From contig NW_026857759.1 of assembly GCF_026571515.1 (NCBI RefSeq), positions 1 to 64,000 of the forward strand: a stretch of DNA of 64,000 nt, in the 5' to 3' direction. Of the stretch, positions 28,465 through 40,480 are shown piece after piece (positions within the stretch are counted from its first letter, which is position 1; every line of letters starts with the position of its first letter). The DNA comes from Ruditapes philippinarum (lineage: Eukaryota). The notes under the pieces were generated by a model. That model was not told the origin of the DNA. It did no database searches and was given only the letters and a program-made list of their open reading frames with translations. Position numbers and translations under genes: made by a program.

Positions 28465-28665
28465 TTTTATGTTTATATGAGATATATAACCTGTTTTTAA
28501 GAGAAATATTGCATGTTTATATGAGACGCATTACATATTTATATAAGTATAGTCCGTGTTTATATGATATATACCATACCGCATGTTTATATGAGAAAAA
28601 TCGAATATTTATATTGGAATTGTTTTATGTTTCATGTTTATACGGAAAAAAAACGTTTATACTGG
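28465..28665. repeat. Degenerate minisatellite (tgtttatatgaga core)
   Basis: The core recurs every ~20-30 bp. Confidence 0.6.
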
Positions 28666-31399
28666 AATAATTTATATTCTTTACAACCATTATTTTAACT
28701 TTAAAAATCATAAATATTAATAAAATAAAATAAAATAAAATAAAAAAGATCAATAAGTTTAAATCGATTATCATTGGTGAATACATTGCAATTGTGAATT
28801 TTGCATAGCATATCAAAAACAAGGACACTTATATTGCACATTTAAGCTCTGTCTTAGTTAATCATTAACCGGACAAAGCCTTTTGCCTTTTTTGGCTTTA
28901 ATTTTGTAACATAAAATCCTTCCTACCGAGTTTTCTTACAGGCATAAATCCGAGAATTTTTTTTTATAATTTATAATACAGATTTTTATGTGTCATATTA
29001 TCATAATTGTTATCGAATACCTCCTGTATTAAAACACATGACGCGAGAAATGACCTCCCTGACATGCACTTTCTTTGATCTTTAAGATAATCTTCTTTTA
29101 AATTCAGACTTAAATGCAGCTGCATGCACTTGATGAAAAATTACAGTTATTAAGTATCATCTGTTACAGTTTCAAGTCAGTTAACTGCGCACGCAAATTG
29201 CGCAGTAATACCAGCTTCGGCTCCTGTAATTTCATTAAAATAAACCATTTTTTGAGAAATAAGAGAAATTTAAATGAGAAATCATAGTGATTATTTAGGT
29301 TAACGTTCATTCAAATTTGTGTTAAGCACTTGCCACCAATTTTTTATCGTTAGAGAAATTTTCTTAATAAAAAAATAAACTAGGCATCCAGCTGTGTGAG
29401 TTGAAGGTTTGACTGATTTTCAGTTGTCACTAAAGCCAAAAGTGCTTACAGAATTAGCTTTATTTTTGTATCTTTTGCGCGTTAAAAATTAGCTTTTAAT
29501 TTGGAGCTGTCACCTATATCATATAACAAGGTAAACAACTATAACTGATAATATCTTTATCCATATCATATTCATTGCATTTGATAATATGATTAATTAT
29601 TATACATTGTTGAGTACAATATTGAAATTTACTGGAGAGTGCAAAGCTGCAAAAACTATATAAGACGAGGCGCTTAACAACAACAACAAAAACAACATAA
29701 GGTTTTTTTTATCTTTTTATTTAATTGATTAACAAGTATATTCATTGTGAGAAGGATGTGCATATATTCATATATTTCCAAACATATTTGTTTTTTTTTT
29801 TTTTTTTTTTTTTTGTTTTTATTATAGACTTTGATATTTTAATTAACGTGATCTTGACCGCCTCAAACATGTATGCTTATCTAATACATGTGTGAAACAT
29901 GACAATCAATGAATTAAAAACATATGCGCAATGTTCAGGTTCGAAATTCAAGTATAATTTAGAATTATTCAACTGAACGTAAATACGTGACCTCATATTT
30001 GCAAACGTTAGCTTAATGTGAGTATAACTGCAGTTTTATTTCTCAAGGGCTTTGTGATCTTTTAGAGGACATTGAACTTGTATGATTATTTCGACTCATT
30101 TGCTTCACCATACCAACTTGCTGAAAAGTTATGAAACATCCGCGCAAGATAATCTGTATGCCACCAATTTAATATCATTTAAGTATGTTTCTTCCTAAAC
30201 GTCTACAGTATATGTGATTTTTTTTTTAAATTTTCGATAGTACAATAGACTGCGCAATATTTATATTATATTTAGTTTTATATGACTTGTGCTTGTTGTG
30301 TAAATACCAGCTTAATGGTTTGAGATATGTGGTCAATTTGGACAACAAGTTTTAAGCTGAAGAATCAAATTTAAGTTAAAAGTTCAACAAAGACGAACTA
30401 CATCATTAATTTTTTTTCCATTTTATTTTTATATAACCTAATCTTTCACAATGATTTCCTAAATCTGCAATAAAATATATAGTAACCTTAGTGCAGTAAC
30501 GGTTTAACTCCTATTAAATTTAATAGGAGTTAACCTTTTACTGCACTTAGATGACAGTATCTAATAAAAGTCCAAGATTAGCTAGGTAAAATCCAAACGC
30601 CAAAGAAAAAAATGTCATTGTTATAAGTCTCTCCAAACGTTTGTATGGTCTATTTTATTTATTTATTTTAGATCTATTTGAATGAATGTAAATATTTGTC
30701 ATGCAATTTTGTCTGGATAATTGAAATCCATAGCGAGAAAAGAAGACACATGTACGGGCGCGTTAGACTACTCTATGTGTATTTATACACAATATGTATT
30801 TTCTGGCCATTTTTTCAAGGTTGCATCAAGGTAATATGTTAAAATGAAAAGTCTTACTGGGATAAACACGTTAAAACAATAAGTCACAGCTTTTTAAAGC
30901 GGCAGCATTTTATAAAACGGTCGCTGAAAATGGGCCGTTACTGGCACAGGTCATCCAACGATACATTAGACATTTTATTTTACAAAACGAATTAGTGACT
31001 ACATAGAGATATGCATTATCTTGTAATTGATATTTCTTAAATAGAGTAATTAAACATTCCTTAAAAGCTTAGTATTTTTAACATTCAGTTCACAAAGATC
31101 ATTGTTAATCAGACATTAGATAAAGATTGTGTTCGTTTGTCGGTAAAAGAGGCAGTATGTCCTAAATTAGGACTATAGAAAAAAAACACTCAATACAATG
31201 AAATATAGAATTTTTAGCAATGCTTACATAACAATGACATAATAAATTGTGGGAGGAAGTATGGTTAAACAGAACTTAAATATCTTAGAAATTTAACCAG
31301 AAAATTAAATTGATTTTAAGAAAGAACTATCCTGTACATTATATTTGAGAACTATCCTAAACATTTTATTTTATAATGGCAAGAACTATCCTTTTTACT

Positions 31400-31480
31400 T
31401 TAGAACGGCCAATGAGATTCCCGGATTTCAATTTGTTATTTAAAAGTGACCAATAAAAATTGTTATTTTATTCAGTACTT
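31400..31480 (+). promoter_or_regulatory. Candidate core promoter upstream of SLC26 (two CCAAT boxes plus a TCAGT initiator-like site)
   Basis: ggCCAATgaga (31409), gaCCAATaaaa (31450), tTCAGT (31472). The motifs are partly retained in paralogous copies near 39630 and 40910-40965. Confidence 0.35.
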
Positions 31481-32193
31481 CACTGTATATTTTACTTGAA
31501 GACAAACTGATTTCAGACGGCCTTCGGCGGGAAAAACAAAATCTTTAAATCTTTAAATATTTAAAATAATTTCCAAACAAATGCATTTGATAAACATCTG
31601 TACGCCTGCAGAAATTACAAATAAACACTTTTCAATGTATCTAAAGGTACACACTTGATTAATAGTCTACCCGAACAATGTTATTGTGTAAAATCTGTTT
31701 TCTTTCGTGCGTTTGTGGTTTTAATTATTATAGAAAGCGGTTAGGTTGTCGTCTTAAAGTTTTGAATTATTATTTTGAATAACGATATTGAAATTACTTA
31801 AATAAATTTAATATCAGCAGCAAAAACATTTAGCAAGATGAGCAATAATAATCCTCAACATAATCGTGTCTCGGTGATATATTAGAAGCTTAAAATATTT
31901 ATGTCAAGTTAGGTTTAAAATAACACACTTTTGTTCTCTTTCTTTGAAATTTTGTTTAAAAGTTACAATCAACCGCGCCATATGAACTGAGAAATTTAAT
32001 TTAAACATTTAATTGTTGCCTGTGAAAACCCGGCTGTATACTAAATACAGCTTCCTAGTTAGCGTACAGTGATTACACGATAGTACATGTTGATACAGTA
32101 AATTTATTTTGACACTGTTAAATTGGAAATCACATTTGATTATATATTTCGTTTTTCTAAACCGCTATTTGCGAAAAATTAGATTAAGCAAAC

Positions 32194-32208
32194 ATGGCAG
32201 CTGATACA
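32194..32208 (+). CDS. Probable first coding micro-exon of the SLC26 gene (MAADT)
   Basis: caaacATGG start context, 5 codons, then a GTAAGT donor at 32209. Phase 0 joins in frame to GAA CAA TTG at 34296, giving MAADT|EQLVLSLCDNMDDEP. Confidence 0.72.
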
Positions 32209-32726
32209 GTAAGTATTTTTGTCAAACTTTATCGCTAAATTTCATGAAATTTGACAACTAAAGAATGCATGTTTCATGCATGGTACTTTGCACGTAGTTT
32301 ATGTTGTTTTTTTATGTTTTATCTATCTCAAATGTACACATGCGCACTTAAATTAAATGCAAGTAACTGATACTGCTAATCATTTATTATAATTTAAAGA
32401 CATAATCTTTAGTACAAGATTTGTGATTATTTCATTGCATTAAGTATCATTTTGAACTTGACATATTAATTTTTACAACCTATCGGTATTTTTCTATTGA
32501 ACACAAACTTGTCAATAATCTGTACTTTTAATATGTCAGGATTCGTATTGTAACACAAATATGCTATAACGATTATTGTATACCACAAATAAAATACCAA
32601 AGTAAATATTTGTTTTTACATGTTACATTTACACTGTGTTAAACTTGCTGCAAATGTTGAAGGCAAACGCTGCGTACATTTTATATCTTGCTGTAATCTG
32701 TTAAATTAAGTAATCTAAAATAACTA

Positions 32727-32919
32727 NNNNNNNNNNNNNNNNNNNNNNNNNNNNNNNNNNNNNNNNNNNNNNNNNNNNNNNNNNNNNNNNNNNNNNNNNN
32801 NNNNNNNNNNNNNNNNNNNNNNNNNNNNNNNNNNNNNNNNNNNNNNNNNNNNNNNNNNNNNNNNNNNNNNNNNNNNNNNNNNNNNNNNNNNNNNNNNNNN
32901 NNNNNNNNNNNNNNNNNNN
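32727..32919. other. Assembly gap (N run) inside the inferred SLC26 intron
   Basis: Run of N. Confidence 1.
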
Positions 32920-34295
32920 TCATTTCTTAGTGCTTTTTTTATTTGTTTCAATTAATTAATGTTTTAATGTCATTGAATAGTTTTCACTCAAACAAGCAAA
33001 CTAAACAGTCCATTTTGGAAAATTTCAAGACTTTCAAGGGCATAACACTGTCATATCATAAAGCTCATGAATTGTTCAACAGAACGGAACCCCTTTTGCG
33101 AATAAAGCAATCAAAAATGTTGTAAATGCTGTTCAATCAATTTGAATGTTACACACAATTCAATGATTTAATATTATTATATATTATAAATATTTTAAAT
33201 AAATAAAAATGAATTTACACCAAGAAAAGATATAAAGTATAGGTCCTTTCAATTAATGTTCATAAATTTCATACTGGAAGCTAAAAATTATTTAGATTGC
33301 ATGTAGATTAAAAATTAATAAATTGTGCCGAAAACAAGAAAACCATTATTTCAAAGTGCTTAATAACAAAATAAGCGGAAAATCACAGTAAAGGAGATCC
33401 GTGCTTGTTTTAAAGAAAACAAATATGGAAACGAATCAAATGTGTTTATTTTGACAGTTTGTCATCGTTTAAGCATAAAAAGTTAAAACATTTTTTGATT
33501 ATATTACAATGGATGATAGGAAGTTTACAGTGATGTCTTTTCATCTTTAGTTGTTGTTGTAGTTGTTGTTGATTTGTCTTAGGTTTTATCCACCTTTCTC
33601 ATTTGTTTTCGTAGTTTAGTTTGGTTGAATTAGCAGTTTGGGTTATTAAAATTGTGATTGATCAATAACTGATAATGAAAAATTATCATTTTACAACATA
33701 AAAACTACCTAAATTATGAAACGAATGCCCCACGCTTTTAAGAATTGAAAGTTACCGATACATTCCGAATGATATTTCCAGACATTTCCATTGGTCACTT
33801 GTATAATCGATTATTTTCCATTGTAGAATATTTATTTAAACATAAAAATATCACGTTATTCTTTTTTTGTGCCGGTATACTGACCATTTACGCTTGGCTA
33901 CAATATTAATTTAAATGCTTCAGTACAAGACACCAATAAAAGCCTCTTTATTGAACGATTGTGTAAAATCAGGCAAATTAATGATATTTGCCTATTAACG
34001 AAATTAATTTCGATTGTAAAATTTATAACAAAGCTAAAATATGTTTTCATTACTTTTCTTAATACTTTGGTAGAGGCAAAATTATAATAGCATTTGATTG
34101 AATAAGATACCATTTAGTGCATTACTTTATTTTTCATTATCTGAGCATCACATGTGTATGAAATCAATATGTAAAATTTGTAAAGGCACAGTGACTTCTA
34201 AAAGAAAATACTTTAAAGCCTTTGTATTTATTTATTCATTGAATTAGACGCATGCGTTTATTTATCAGTTATATGAAAATTTCATTTTTTTTCAG

Positions 34296-36395
34296 GAACA
34301 ATTGGTACTCAGCCTTTGTGACAATATGGATGACGAACCAACGAAAACCATTACCCTTAAAAGGCAGGTCTATACACTTGATGCATACACTGAAAAATAC
34401 AACGATAGGAGAGAAAATTCTAGTGTCTTTGACGAAATCAAGAAATCCATGACATGTTCGAGAAGAAAAGTCGGAAAGATTCTTGGATCCTACCTTCCAG
34501 TTGTTGGATTTATACGTCAGTACAAGTTGAAGCAATATATTCTTGGAGATGCTTTGTCCGGCCTCACAGTCAGCTTTATGCACCTTCCTCAAGCAATGGG
34601 ATTTGGCATTCTTGCTTCTCTGCGACCAGTCCATGGCTTATATTCTACATTCTTTCCGGTGCTTGTATATCTATTGTTTGGAACGTCGCCTTATATATCG
34701 TTTGGAACCAATGCTGTAATGGCATTGCTTACACAGACGGTGGTAGAGAGAGAAGCTGATTCTTTCACTGCGGCGTTTAAAAGTGACAATAACGGAACAA
34801 GTCCTACTGAAGACGAGATTATGGACGTTAAAATCGGTGCTTCAATGGCGTGTTGTGCGCTTGTTGGTATAATTTTAATGGCTATGGGACTTCTTAAACT
34901 TGGGATAGTCACCACATATTTGTCTGTTTCCTTTGTTGGAGGATTTACTACCGCAGCTGCATTCCACATCGCGTCCAGCCAAGTGCCTAAGATATTTGGA
35001 ATTAAGGTCAAGACTTTTGCAGGAGCAGGAAAACTGGTGCTTATGTATATAGATTTATTCAGTAAAATTGCAGACACGAAAGTAGTTGAAATAATTATAG
35101 CAGTTATTTGTTTGATTGTTTTGCTTGTTGTAAAGATATGCATCAACGAACGATTCAATAAAAAGATGAAAATGCCAATTCCAATTGACCTTATTGTGGT
35201 AGTTATTGCGACATTCATATCACATTTTGCAAAGTTTGAGGATAAATTCGATGTAAAAATTGTTGGTGAAATACCAAGCGGTTTCACAAGTCCAGCTGTA
35301 CCCGACTTCAGTAACGCAAGCAATTACATGAGCGACGCTTTTGTTATGGCGATATTGTCACTAGCTATGAGTATTTCAATGGCAAAACTTTGTTCAAACA
35401 AACACGGTTTACCAATTGATGATAATCAAGAACTAATTGCATACGGTGCTGCTAATTTTGTGTCAGGTTTCTTCCATTGTTTCCCACAAGCTACAGCGCC
35501 ACCTAGGACAATGATTCTGAGTTCGCTTGGTGCTAGGACGACGCTTAATGCCATCGCTACTTCCGTATTTTTCCTGTTGGTTATTCTTGTCATTGGACAG
35601 TTATTTGTGTCACTACCACTAAGTGTTCTCGCAGCAATGATTATAGTTTCCATGAAAGATCTTCTTCTACAGTACAGAAACCTACCACGAATTTGGAAGA
35701 TAAACAAGTATGACTTTATCATTTGGGTTGTGACAAACTCTGTTAGTATTCTCGTTGACTTGAACTACGGTATCATTGCTGGGGTTGGAATTTCAATATT
35801 TCTTACCGTGATAAATGACCAATTAACAACCGGACATTTGATTGGCCTGTCAAAGGCTGAAGACATCATGATAAAATATACAGACAATACACAAGTAAGG
35901 GAAATAAGCGGAGTGAAAATCTTTAAAATTCCAACAAATTTGTACTTTGCAACGGCTGAGAGAATGAAATTTCAGATCTTTCGAAAAATTTTGAATCCAA
36001 AAAAGTTCCTGAAGAAAATGCAGAAATTGGAAAATTTGGCCAAGATAGTTGATGAGGAAAGCATTGGTGTAGAAAAGAATAATTCTTTCGAAAATGGTGG
36101 GAAATATACTGCAGATCCTATGGACGTGAAATTGAAATCTTTGGTTCTTGACTTTTCGAAGGTGCACTACATCGATATGGCAGGAATAGCTGCCCTTCAA
36201 CAAATCATCAAAGAGTACAAGACGGTAGACGTCAAAGTTTACTTCGTTGCAATCTCGGAAAACGTTGGTAAAACTTTTGAAGCTAGCGACTTTTTCGAGT
36301 CCTTTCCTCGGAGTAGCGTCTTCGTTGATGTGTTTGATGCAGTGTCAGTACTCAGTTCTCAAGTTGTTGTGTCTGTTTCTACATCAAAAATATGA
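34296..36395 (+). CDS. SLC26/SulP family anion transporter (prestin/SLC26A6-like) with C-terminal STAS domain; main coding exon
   Basis: Uninterrupted ~700-codon frame. SLC26 motifs: GDALSGLTVSFMHLPQAMGF, GLYSTFFPVLVYLLFGTS, GFTTAAAFHIASSQ, IVGEIPSG, DNQELIAYG, LAAMIIV. STAS motifs: LYFATAE and LVLDFSKVHYIDMAG. A splice acceptor (ttttttttcag) ends at 34295 and there is an in-frame ATG at 34326. The ORF-track start at 34302 is a TTG. Exact subfamily cannot be assigned without a phylogeny. Confidence 0.96.
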   Translation, partial: EQLVLSLCDNMDDEPTKTITLKRQVYTLDAYTEKYNDRRENSSVFDEIKKSMTCSRRKVGKILGSYLPVVGFIRQYKLKQYILGDALSGLTVSFMHLPQAMGFGILASLRPVHGLYSTFFPVLVYLLFGTSPYISFGTNAVMALLTQTVVEREADSFTAAFKSDNNGTSPTEDEIMDVKIGASMACCALVGIILMAMGLLKLGIVTTYLSVSFVGGFTTAAAFHIASSQVPKIFGIKVKTFAGAGKLVLMYIDLFSKIADTKVVEIIIAVICLIVLLVVKICINERFNKKMKMPIPIDLIVVVIATFISHFAKFEDKFDVKIVGEIPSGFTSPAVPDFSNASNYMSDAFVMAILSLAMSISMAKLCSNKHGLPIDDNQELIAYGAANFVSGFFHCFPQATAPPRTMILSSLGARTTLNAIATSVFFLLVILVIGQLFVSLPLSVLAAMIIVSMKDLLLQYRNLPRIWKINKYDFIIWVVTNSVSILVDLNYGIIAGVGISIFLTVINDQLTTGHLIGLSKAEDIMIKYTDNTQVREISGVKIFKIPTNLYFATAERMKFQIFRKILNPKKFLKKMQKLENLAKIVDEESIGVEKNNSFENGGKYTADPMDVKLKSLVLDFSKVHYIDMAGIAALQQIIKEYKTVDVKVYFVAISENVGKTFEASDFFESFPRSSVFVDVFDAVSVLSSQVVVSVSTSKI

Positions 36396-36461
36396 ATAGC
36401 GGCATACTTCAAAATTAGATAAAGAAAAATGAGATAATAAATATGCTTTCAACTTAACTCG

Positions 36462-36825
36462 TTATCTCGTTTACATATAACCTTACCATTCAAGGATTTT
36501 TGCTTTTTGTTCCAGTCAGCAAAGCAAAGACATATTTACTATGTACAGTATTTTATTTCAGTAAAATATATATTATTAATTATATCAATTTTTATAATAG
36601 ATGTATGGCGCATTTACTTTGCTTAACTATATTATTTGTTTATATTATCTCGTTTACACATTAACTTACCATTCAAAGATTTTTACTTTTTGTTTCGGTC
36701 AGCAAGGCAAGAAAATGCACTTTGTATCTTATTTCAATTAAATACATGTATGTATATATTTCTTTCGAGACTATTCTTATTGTAAATGTATGTTCATTGC
36801 TTAGCTATATCGTTTGTTATAATAC
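36462..36825. repeat. ~185-bp imperfect tandem duplication just 3' of the SLC26 stop
   Basis: ttatctcgtttaca..cttaccattcaa.gattttt..gtcagcaa.gcaa at 36462 and 36646. Confidence 0.85.
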
Positions 36826-39678
36826 ATAAAAAAGTGACAAGTTGTTTGATTGGTTAGATTTTACCGCCTATTTTTATATAATTACTCTTTGCTCATATTT
36901 TGGTAGTCTGTATACCTTACCGGCTCTTTATTAATTAGAACCAGTAATTACAATTCTCAACAAATGCTCGACTACTAATTCTTTATAATGATTTCTAAAT
37001 CAGCGGTGAGAGACAGCAATGTCCGATATTAACTGCCACCAAGAAATATTGCTCTTTTAGCTAGCAGCCTCTTGATAACAAACTTTTGTCTTTTAGTTTA
37101 GTGCCTTTTGCCTAAAATGTAATTATTTAAAAAAAAAACATTAAACTGACAAAATGTGTGCTTTAAGATTACATTGATGTGTTAAAGAGTCTGTATGTTG
37201 TAATTAAGGTAATTTCCACATTTAAGTGAACTTTTATATTTGTGAACAAATATGGTTCTAAAACTATTTTTTCAAACATCGAAGAATATGTAAATTATGT
37301 ACTGCAAATATTTGTCTACATTATATGTTAAAATTAAAATATATGCATTCATTTCTTATTGAAAAAAATGACTTAGACTTTATAGATAATAAATTTCTAA
37401 TTAGCACTCTTAATTTACATGAAATGTAAATTTGGTAATATCTTTACAAATAATGCTTTTTGGAATATGATAAATCTTCATTTGAGCATTATAATTATGA
37501 TATAAAAACATAAATATTGAGTTAAAGGATCTTGAAGTGTATAATTAAATGTACATGTTTATGAATTTATATTAAATATATAAAGTTATATGAAAGTATG
37601 TTTTTATGTTCACTTTTGTATTAAATAGACGCAAGATTATTATACTTACAAAATATGTTTAAAATGCAAAAACGTTTTAATAACAATCATTTAACACTTT
37701 TTCTTTCTAGCAAAGGCATACATGTACGAATATATATATATTCAATGATCTAGCAAAGGGTCTGAAATCGTAGTTCAAAGGTACAGTTTACAAAATAATT
37801 TATTAACATAAATAATGTAATAATGCATCATCAAAATGCATATAAAATGCTTTTCCAATAATATATTTCTAATGAATTATTAATATTCTTTAAAGACTAT
37901 GTCACGTGTCATTTATAAGCCGTTAGTAATAATTTCAGAACGTTACTTTAAATCAACAGAATATCATAATTCCATAAATAACTCTGTTTTTCGTGTACAT
38001 GTACATTTTACATTCTTGATGCCTTTTTGGATTTTTACAAAGTTAATCCCAGGCTGAAATAAATAAAAATAACGTAGTTTAATATCTTGACTCTAAAATA
38101 CAATTTACGAAGCGTTTCTCCATTTCTATAATTGTTGGTGAGATTCCTAAAATGGTAAAACTGTCGAAATTGAGTTCCACAAAACAATGGCAATTTTGTG
38201 TAAGTATGCAGAAATGATCCTTATTGAATATATAAATATTCAAGGCAATCTTATTTTACCTTTAACCTGCTTAGTTTGTGTAATGGATGTACACAGTTTC
38301 AAACCATAAGGATTTCAATAGCAAATACAAATACTTAAACAAGAAGCATCTTTAAAGATAGGTACTCGGCCGAACTAAAACTGATTTATTTGCATATCAT
38401 ATCTTAGCAAACATGGAAAAAGAATCATAAGAATTATGATATTGAGTCTAGTATTGAATTTTACGTTTAAATTTTTGAAATATTAAAATCATATGCATAT
38501 GTTGGCAAATACAAAGTATTTTAATAGAAACAAAATCTTAAGTCTGAAGTAAATCCTTTAAAGTAAAGAAAAAGTTGATAAAAACTACAATCAAAACAAT
38601 TGATTCCGTAAAATTAAATTTTATCGTCTCAGTTCATTTTACCGTCATGTAATTCTTTTATTTCTATTATTGTGAATGTCGTTTTGACTCAAAGAAAAAA
38701 CATTTAAATTTTCGAAGTTTGTTCCAATCGAAATTTTAATTGAAAATTTATAATTGACAACGTTTTGCTGATACAAAATTCTCGAACCAACAGATTTGCA
38801 ACACCTTTGGAAATAACAAAAGAAATCTAAAATCCGGAAAAGTACCAAAAGAGAGCATTCTTATCTTAAACACTTTGGCATTTATGATAAGCAAACCATT
38901 CAATCATTAGCGGTTAAATTAATTCTTCATAAATATGTAAAATACATGATAATTATAAACTTTGTATATAACTGATAATACCAGAAAGGTTCGTATTCTT
39001 GTGTGCTTTTCGCTATTTTCATGCGCATGTGTAAATGGGAAAGTGGGCGAAGTTGAAAGTGATGGTTTTCAATAATTTTTGACAAAATCTATATCTCGAT
39101 CGTTAAAACAGCGTAAAATAATCTGTAGGATGTATGGCAATATAGAACTTATAATGTTTAAGAGAAGGCATAGTTTAACAGAACTTACGTATCTGAAATT
39201 TAAAAATGTACTAAAGTCATCCTTGAGTCCCAGAAATTTATTGAAACTATTGAATTTTTTATTGAATATGTCTAATTTGAATAAAAGAATTAATGAACTA
39301 TGCATAAGAAGCTGCGTTCTCTATTATGGGACAAGCAAAGTTGATCCTTTCTTTAAAAACTGCCAGTTTTTAAATGACACTATATATCAATATTGTTACC
39401 ACCTTATTTGTTATTGTCCTATATAGTGTATAGAACTTTGAACTTTGTGTCAAGTCAAAAGAGACTTTTTACCAATAATAAAAATTTATTATTTAAAATT
39501 TGAGCATATTATATCTTTAACTTGAAAGTAACAGAACTTATGAATGTAGATATTTCGTTTCCTGACTCCTTAAAATCAATTAAGTATCATATCAGATCAC
39601 TTCATATTATTTTGCTCATTTTACAATGGCCAATCAGATTCCGAGATTTTAGATTGTTATTTTAAAATGATAAATTAA

Positions 39679-39962
39679 AAGGAGGATTACAGTTGCGCTC
39701 AAAATAGAGTCGGTTAAAGTGACCTCCCCTGAAAAATTGTAAATCGTAAGGGTTCTAAAGGGAGGTAACTGTTGCGTAAAAAGTCGGTTAAGTGACCTCC
39801 CTTGAAAACATTGCAAATGTCATAAGGGTTCAAAGGGAGGTGAATGTTGCACATTAAAAGGTAAGTTGGTTAGAGTGACCTCCCCCGAAAACATTGCGAA
39901 TGGCGTAAGTGTTCAAAAGGGAGGTGAATGTTGGGCTTTAAAAGAATAGGTTAGAGTGACCT
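39679..39962. repeat. Tandem array of ~75-82-bp units (4) with an internal inverted motif
   Basis: Each unit reads aagggaggt...ggtta.agtgacctccc; gggaggt and acctccc are complementary. Confidence 0.85.
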
Positions 39963-40142
39963 AAAAGATATTTGCATGATTGCATATAAGAAGTTTTAAA
40001 AACTTTTTTGTTCTGTATTTAGTGTTTTTAATTTCCTCCTACATATGGTTTTATTTCTGAACTCCTTATCATATATTATTTTTCTTAATTAGGTCATTAA
40101 AATCTGGACCAAAACGCCTTTGTTAACGTTGTCATTATTTAA

Positions 40143-40480
40143 GAGATTTTCGACCATGCGACCACATACATGCATCGAAGACATGTTTGAAGGAAAATGA
40201 CCGTGCGACAACATACACGCATCACAATATTCCCCTTCTCTTACGAGGGACAAAGAGTTGTCCGCCCTTTATTAAAGGGCCGACTAAAAAAATATGCCAT
40301 TGCCTTATGTTATTGATAAGGAGGCTTATTTTCACAGATATGTCTTGAATTGGTTTATATACAACAGTAGTAACGCAAACTAAGCGGGTTTTCAGTTTGC
40401 CTCTTTTTAAGTCCGCTACGAAATTTTAAAAGGATAATATATAACTTCTTGGAAAAATTTGAGTTTTAAGTTTTTTCTAC
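40143..40480 (+). repeat. Dispersed ~330-bp repeat, second copy at 49647-49970
   Basis: Both copies start agattttcgacc.tgcgaccacataca.gcatcga and carry gaccgtgcgac.acatacacgcatc twice. Confidence 0.85.

Noticed and set aside
32681-32951. ORFs spanning N runs (also 59268-59642)
   Set aside because: Artefacts of assembly gaps.
34269-36203. Antisense and alternate-frame ORFs overlapping SLC26 (for example 210 aa at 34691-35323)
   Set aside because: Shadow frames of a hydrophobic coding sequence with no independent motifs.
36436-36441. AATAAA shortly after the SLC26 stop codon
   Set aside because: The hexamer is too frequent in this AT-rich DNA to assign a polyadenylation site.
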